Assembly (NCBI RefSeq): GCF_006345805.1
Contig: NC_042997.1
Span: 62,620,001 to 62,684,000, forward strand
Length of the DNA: 64,000 bases
Source: Octopus sinensis
Taxonomy: Eukaryota
Direction: 5' to 3'
Each line of letters starts with the position of its first letter. The stretch's first letter is position 1. The notes beneath the pieces were generated by a model that was given only the letters and a program-made list of their open reading frames with translations, was not told where the DNA came from and did not search any database. Positions 12,669-64,000 of the stretch are shown here, piece after piece. The position numbers and the translations under genes were made by a program.

Positions 12669-13568
12669 ATACCTAGAAGGAAAGTGTCAAATTGTCTATG
12701 ATGTCAAGGTCAGCCAAATGAATGTCTCTGTCCAGGGAAAGAGAGACAGCTGCAGAAAGGGAAGCACACCAAGAAAAGAACAGACTGTGCACTACAAAAG
12801 CCAGAGCATCTCGAAGTAATGAATAGAGGTATGCATGACTGACATGGAATAGAATCTCCACTGCAGAACGAAGCAAGCACAGTTGCAACAGCTCAGAGAA
12901 GCAACTTCTATGAAGCAGCTCTCAATTATGATCCAGCAGTTCTCATACAGATGATGTTAGAGTTTCCATTGGTGCAATGATAACTGAGTGCATACATTGT
13001 AAAGCAAGGAAGTGGTCTGGAGAGACACCTGCACTGTGCTGCAGTGGTGGAAAGCTTAAACTCCCTGCAATTCCCCAACCTACAGAGCCATTGAAGAAAC
13101 TGTTGTCATCAACTGACCAAGATTCCAAGCACTTCCAAAACAAAATTAGACAATACAACGCTGCACTACAGATGACATCATTTAGAGTCACAAGAGATTT
13201 AACTGTGCCAGGATTCATGCCAACTTTCAAGATCCAAGATCAGATTTATCATTGGATTGGCTCTCTACTACTTCTGTCAAATGAATCACCAAAATCAGCC
13301 TTTCATTGTTTATAATCTGTACCTGTTTTTTCGTTATGAAATAAGCTGCACAAAACATGTTTTTGAATTACATATATTTTCTTTACATACATGAGTTGAA
13401 AACTTTCTTTTAACATTTCACTTAACATCTATGTTCCATGGGTTTGAAAATTATTAATGTAGAAAGTTGGTATGTCAGCTACTAGCAGTTGAGACCTGCA
13501 TAATCTAGATGGCGTTTTTAAATTTCATTATTCTCTTTAACCTGGGCAACACTGGGTATTTCTGCTAG
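12669..13568 (+). mobile_element. Internally deleted Helitron (Rep N-terminal region joined to the 3' terminus)
   Basis: CIHCKARKWSGETPALCCSGGKLKLP, IRQYNAALQMTSF and PTFKIQDQIYHWIGSLL are Helitron Rep N-region motifs; 3' hairpin cctgggcaacactggg then CTAG|T at 13565-13568. 5' boundary approximate. Confidence 0.88.
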
Positions 13569-14005
13569 TTCAATTATAATTATTTATCTGTACTGGATTT
13601 TAAACTCATCTGCTTGATTTAGGCCCAACATGATTTTGGTGGAGGTTCATGTAGCTGATCCAGTATTATTTAGTAATTTTGTAATGTATAGTAATTTAGA
13701 CTAGCATTGATTTCCTTAAAGGTATAGTATTCTAACATATATTGATGCCAGAGCTTTGAAAAGCAACCCACCTACTCTATGGGATAAAACTGAAAACTTT
13801 AGGCTATCTAAGTTGTCTATACTAACTGACTACTTGGTTACATATTCCTCAAAATTGAAAAATCTGTTATTAGTTGAAGGTTCCAGTTTTGGAAGCTTTG
13901 TTCATCAGCTACTGTATATAATTGATCTCTAAAGGTGTTTTGGTAATGTGATGTGTTCACTAGAATGTATGTGCCATTAATCTAGGAATTTCTTTTTGTT
14001 GCTAG

Positions 14006-58140
<44,135 letters not shown>

Positions 58141-59485
58141 GTTAGTTTATTTCTATATTTTAATTTCTCAAAAGGAAAGAAAAGAAAAAGAGATCAATCA
58201 TGTGCTCCACTTTGTGGTTATCTTTACTTTCAGTTTTATTCTTGGTTCACTAAGGATTATCACACAAATATTTCTCACACATTTCTGTAATAATAACCAT
58301 TTATGTGAGTCTAACATTATCTCTATTTCTTTTTCCTGTTCCTATTACAAAATGTGAAACAGATTTCATGTTAGATTCACCAATTATTGATTGTATACAT
58401 GTGATTGATGTACCAGTTGATGTCTAACATTACTGTATTGACATATGTAATCCAGTGATATTGGTCTGCTTAATCTGTAAAAACTCTTGTTCATGTGTGT
58501 GCTTTTACCTTTCCAATAATGACTGCATTATTAAAACAATGTCTTTCATGCATTTATGTATACTTGTGTTACCGTCCCCATTTCATGTCCACTTTCCATG
58601 TTGACATGGGTTGGACAGTTCAACAGGACCTGATTGGTCAGAGGACCTGTTTCCTTCTCTAGTGTTTCAGTTCTAGTATGATTTCTGTGGCTGATACTTT
58701 TCCTAATGCCAACTGGTTTTGTTTTTCTTGTCGGCTGTCAGAACTAGTGAGGTCACCATGTACCTCACAAAAGAGACTGAGTGGCAGTATGTTAGATAGG
58801 GAGGGAAATGGCTGTATTTAAAGTTTTGAGAGGTTAAAGTATAGTTGAAGCAACAGGAACAGGTTTATTGTTGTAGGAGAGGTGCATGGTTACTCATTAT
58901 TATACAAGAATGGATGGGAATAAATGGAGTGGAAATGGGGAGAAAAGTAAAGCTGGTGGCAATGAGGTGTCAGTGCACACCTTCAAGGTATGAGAAAGTA
59001 ATAAAAAGAGAGCACAGGGACAAAAGATGAAGGTTATGTGGGTAAGGTTCCACAAGTGTGGTAGGGAAATTAAAAGATAAGAAATAGTGGTAGGGTGAAT
59101 GTTGTGAATGGTGAGCTAGGGTGAGAAGGTAGTTGGTGGTCAGTATGAAAGGGGAGTATCAGTAACTAGGCTGAAAAACAAAAATATGAAGTGAAACAGC
59201 AATGTAAAAAATGTAAACAATTAGTTTTGAAAGAACAGAACTCTTTTATTGGAGAAAAATTAGTAAGGAAGCAAAGTAGGCAGAAATTTATCCACCTCTC
59301 ACCTACCTCCCTCAAATTTCTAATTTAGGAAGGAATAAATGCTCTTTATGAGAAATAATGAATAAGTATAAAACTAAATGAAAATGGTAGAAATTAATGC
59401 CAGTCTAGATTTGAAAATATTCGATACCCTAAATATGGAAGCACCAATATAAACCACTCAACACACACACACATATATGTGTATA

Positions 59486-59724
59486 TCATCATCATCATCG
59501 ATTAACGTCCGTTTTCCGCGCTAGCACGGGTTGGACGGTTTCGACCGGGGTCTGGGGAGCTAGGGACTGCCCCAGGCTCCAGTCTGGTCTGGCAGTGTTT
59601 CTACAGCTGGATGCCCTTCCTAACGCCAACCACTCCGCGAGTGTAGTGGGTGCTTTTTACGTGCCACCTGCACAGGTGCCAGAGGGGTCTGGCATCGGCC
59701 ACGTTCGGATGGTGCTTTTTATGT
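59486..59724 (-). mobile_element. Young RTE 3' tail, cut within the VNTR region
   Basis: CpG-retaining copy of the 30241-type tail. Confidence 0.88.
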
Positions 59725-59974
59725 GGGGGGGGTGCCGAAATTTAGGGGAGCACCAGTGGGGAGGGGTGGTTCAGAGAAATGATGACAGGTTCTAGGCAAG
59801 TAGAACGTAGGATATTAAGAGAGGGGTAATGCATGGTGAAATAGCGTATTGAAGAGGGGGGGTTCGAAGAGTAGACACCTATAATGGTGGTGGGAGAAGC
59901 GACATCCGGTATAGATGGAGCAAAAATATAGAGATATCCGTTATTGGTGGTGGGGGTGGGCAGGGCGGGTGCAC

Positions 59975-60089
59975 CGCGAAGATACGAAGGTAGACGACGC
60001 GAAGATACGAAGGTAGACGACGCGAAGATACGAAGGTAGACGACGCGAAGATACGAAGGTAGACGACGCGAAGATACGAAGGTAGACGA
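59975..60089. repeat. Five perfect copies of the CpG-rich 23-mer cgcgaagatacgaaggtagacga
   Basis: Starts at 59975, 59998, 60021, 60044 and 60067. Confidence 0.97.
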
Positions 60090-60313
60090 GAGGAGAAATG
60101 AATAAAATTAGATAAAATAGATAGATATATAGATAGATAGATAGAGAAATTTGATAAAATAGTTAGATAGATAGAGAAACATGAATGGTCAGTGAGAAGT
60201 GAAAAATAAGCATTCAAACTTATCTTATCTGCGCTCGGGATTATAGCTTGTAAATGAATGAGAGAGAGAGAGAGAGAGCACATGTGTATTAGAGGAGACA
60301 GACTTCAAGATGG

Positions 60314-60368
60314 CGCGAAGATACGAAGGTAGACGACGCGAAGATACGAAGGTAGACGACGCGAAGAT
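60314..60368. repeat. Second array of the same 23-mer (2 copies + partial)
   Basis: Starts at 60314, 60337 and 60360. Confidence 0.95.
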
Positions 60369-60999
60369 ATATATATATACATACATACACACACACACAC
60401 ACCAGTATGCAGATGTGGTTTGGAAGTTTGCTTGCAACCATGTAGTTTTGATCAGTCTCTGCACGACCTTCTATTTTAGTCTTGAGCAGACCAATGCCAT
60501 ACGAGTGGAATTGGTGGGCAGAAACTGTGAATGTTGATTCCATTTGTCTGAGGAAAGTAGTGACATTGTTTTGCATCTCTAGTAAACAAAAGGACCAGTG
60601 GAATGAAAAATACCTTTGTAAGGGTTGGCAACAAGAACGGCATCTTGCTGTAGAAAATCTTCCTTAAATTTTGTCTTGTATATGATCTCATTTATTTTTT
60701 TAGTTATTCATCATGGACCATAGATACTTATTGTTTTAAATTTATGTAATATTCTTATATTTCAGCATTTGTTGATGCCATTCCTCTAACTTATATTTTA
60801 TTTTAAATTGTTTTTGAATAACCCTAAAATGGCTTTATTGTAGTATTTCTGTGATAGGTAACTGTTTTCCTTTGGCTAATTTATTTATTCTTTTTCTGAA
60901 ATAATTCATTATTCCTTGCAATGTTTCACTTTATGACAAAGAATTGCCACACATATGTTCATACATAATCAGAAAATTTAATCTGGTTATGTAGATGTG

Positions 61000-62885
61000 T
61001 GTGTTGTGTGGAAAGACTGGAAGAAAGAGGGAGTCTGAGATCTATAATCACATAACTTATAAGTTAAGCAACAAGTATACATAACTTTAAGAAAAGCAGG
61101 GGATTGGAGGTATGTGTTATGTGAGGAAAGGATCACAGATCTGAACTGTTCTGAATTGCAGAGCAGTGTGTCAGGGTAAATCAAGTCGTTGGGTAAAACT
61201 ATATTTGAAATTATTGCAGTGCACTTATCCTTACTAATAATGAGCAGAAAGAGGTTTGGGAATGTTATTAAAGGAAGCTGCTGGATATGGAAAATGTGTT
61301 TGTGGAAGAGGAGATCACTTCAAGTATACTCTGCTGTAGGGTCCTGCTATTGCAGTGGATAATTATAGGGTTAAAATGGCCATTAATGATATGAAGACGG
61401 ATTGCATCACGTTCATCACATACAATTGCTGAGATGCTGAAAATATTTGGTGAATTGGGGGTGAAGCTACTTACTAACATAGTCAACCAGGTAATATAAG
61501 GAGATATCACATATAATGATAAAGTAGTAATATAATTGTTAGCTGCTACAAGAGCAAAGGAGAAACTTTAGAAAGAAGCAACGACAGAAGTAAGGCCAAG
61601 TTATGAAAATAAAGGAAAGAGAATTATAGCACGCTTGGTTAGGAAGAGACTTGGCTTAGATGAGGTTTTGTTTGGACTTGTTTCAGGTCAGTGTATGAAT
61701 CATCCTCCCTTCGTGGCAAATAGCTGAAGGGAAGCTTTTAACTAAAAGTAAACATCTCAATCTTCTATTTATTGATGTTAAGAAGGCCTTTGACTGGATA
61801 TCGAAATCTGTAGTTTGGTGGTCTTTAAGAAAGCCGTGTGCAAATGAATGGCTGGTGTGAGTGATGCAAGCCATATATAGCAATGCAGTAAGCAAAGTAA
61901 GATTTAGTAGTGAGCTCAGTAAGAATTTAAGCATGTGCATGTCCCCTCCTATTTATCATAATCCTTGAAGATATGATGGAGCAAATGTCAGGCTGTTGAG
62001 GGGAACTGCTACATACTGATGATTTAATTCTTATACTAGACCTTGTGGATGATTTAGAGAAGAAATTCCATAACAAAACAGAACCGAAAGGCTGTAGAGT
62101 AAATTTGGTGAAGATTTAGGGTTTAGGCCATGTGCAGTACACAGGAAAAGGTCCAGGTAAGAACTCTATACAGTGTACATGGGGTGAACAAAAGGTGTAC
62201 AGTAACTTTGTTAGGATCAATGGAAGTTAACTGATTATAGACTTTGTATGTAGTGTAAATAGTCAGCTGTCAGAACACTAGTAAGATAAATTCTTTTCAA
62301 TCCTTGGATGGTTCCATAGAAATGGTTGTAGTTTTTCTTATCTTATTGACATAAATCAACTGCGGAGTGGGGTGCTCTCAAATCATATTAACAAGAATAT
62401 GAATACGGTAGGAAAAGTTCTGGGAGCTATTACTATTGCTGGCAACAAGAGAATTCTCTCAAGTGAAGGATACCTTGTATAGTGCTGTACATGGTGTGCA
62501 ATGATGTATGGCATTGAAATGTGGGCATTACATTGAGAGGATGTGAAAAGCTTGGAGAGAAATGAAGCAAGCATACTCTGCTGTATATATTATGTAAAAT
62601 GTGTTTCAGTGATGTGGAACAGCTGAGCTTAAAGATAAACTGGTTATAATAGAAATCAGATGTAGTGTGCAAGAGAGATGACTAATGTGTATGGATAATA
62701 TATGGGTAACAAAGTGCTAGAAGATCCAAGTGGAAAGAAATTGTGGAAGAGGAAAACTAAGGAAGACCTGTACAGAAATGATGAAAGTTGAGTTTTGGTA
62801 TGTTATACTTCTTAAAGATGACAAGGGAATGTAACGAATGATGGATGATGTATTGGAAATGATCCGCCTAACCCATGCAAGCCTG
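61000..62885 (+). mobile_element. Old, heavily decayed RTE LINE (RT + C-terminus + short tail)
   Basis: FIDVKKAFDW, VMQAIYSNAVSKVR, PLLFIIILE, ELLHTDDLILI, finger remnant PCAV...KNSIQCT and tail aacccatgcaagc; left boundary approximate. Confidence 0.82.
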
Positions 62886-64000
62886 GTAAAGCAGAAGTAA
62901 ATAGAATGATAATGCAGAGTGTGGTAGGGGTGTGTGTGTGTTGGCCATGAATTTACTTTAGAAAATGTTTGCCCAAAGTGCTGCATAGTGGAACTAAACT
63001 TGAAGTCGTGTGGTTGAGAAGCAAACTTCCTAACCACATGACCCCCCCCCTCTCAGGTGTGCCTCATGAAGTGTGGTTTCTTGAAAGTAGAAACAAATAT
63101 ATTGATTTCAAAGTTTGGCACAAGACCAGCAATTTCGGGGGTGGGGCTTGGCTAAGTCTATTAGATTGACCCCAATGGTACTTATTTTATGGTATTCCCA
63201 ACTGGTACTTATTTTATCAACCCCAAAAGATGACAGGTAAAGTCAACCTGGGAAGCATTTGAACTCAGAACGTGAAAATATGAAATGCTGCTAAGAATTT
63301 TGCCTGGCATACTTAATGATTCTGCCACTTTGCAACTTTAGTAAAAACAAATTTTACAAATTCAATGGTCTTTTGCTAACGTGATGTTAAGCTACTTATT
63401 CATTCCTGTTTAACAGAAAGGCCTCCCTTTGAAACTGTGAACTGCTAAAATGATTCAGCTATAGTTTTTTTATTTGCATATCTTTTATTATGTATGAACT
63501 GTTCAGTTTGAAAAAGTGTTAATCCATTGGGGAGCTATCAAATGAGTAATGTGTTAAAAAAAAAAATCATTTTTGTAGACTGATTTGAGAAATGAGTGCT
63601 TGAACATTACCATATAGCAGAAGTGGTCCATCTCTGTTGACCAGACTTGGCTGTTTTGATTTCAGTTTTAAATACAGTCAGTCATTTTTTTTTATAGTGT
63701 GATTGATTCCCCTTGTTGCTAAAGAGAATAGTGTTTTGCAAGTCAGCATACAGTTACCATATTCTTTTATGATGCAGCAGTTGTGTTGTTAAATGTTTTG
63801 GAGACCAGTCTGGTTCTAACCCTCACTCAGATTCTTTATTATTGTCATATAATATTTATTTTCAACATAAGTAATGATACAAATCAAACCACCTGCTTTT
63901 GTTTTTATTGAGAAAAATAAATCAACTATACTTTTGATGTTCAGTCAGTTTAATAATAATAATTGTGTACAGTGCTCAGGTGCACTACAACTCATCTAAA

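Noticed and set aside
59975-60368. CRISPR-like reading of the 23-bp repeats
   Set aside because: Repeats are head-to-tail with no spacers, there are no cas genes, and the context is a eukaryotic intron.
58141-64000. Remaining PRPF40 RS-tail exons
   Set aside because: No splice-site-bounded S/R/K-rich frame was found; they are presumed to lie beyond the window.

Overview
AT-rich, repeat-dense eukaryotic genomic DNA. The SINE/RTE repertoire suggests an octopus or other coleoid cephalopod; this is inference and was not database-checked. Nearly the whole window is the body of one + strand gene, a PRPF40A/B (Prp40, U1 snRNP-associated WW-WW-FFn splicing factor) orthologue. I traced 20 coding exons from 14006 to 58140. 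All have GT-AG boundaries and consistent phases, totalling 2469 nt (823 codons): Pro-rich N-terminus, two WW domains, a low-complexity linker, FF repeats and the start of the RS/K-rich tail. The start-codon exon is unresolved (a candidate promoter/first exon lies at about 130-720) and the last exons lie beyond the window. Introns contain RTE LINE fragments and 3' tails, at least three tRNA-derived SINE types, two decayed mariners, a Tc1 end, piggyBac deletion derivatives and MITEs, Helitrons and micro/minisatellites. The most interesting non-standard signals are: (1) a 119-bp-arm inverted repeat carrying a minimal hammerhead-ribozyme-like motif with a G3-C8 swapped core, in sense orientation in an intron; (2) a 76-nt near-perfect hairpin whose wobbles work only on the transcribed strand and whose apex holds the acceptor of a possible PTC-containing poison exon; (3) a C4HC3 PHD finger right after the RT core of the RTE ORF; (4) a perfect CpG-rich 23-bp bipartite array; (5) a 63-bp VNTR in the RTE 3' UTR.
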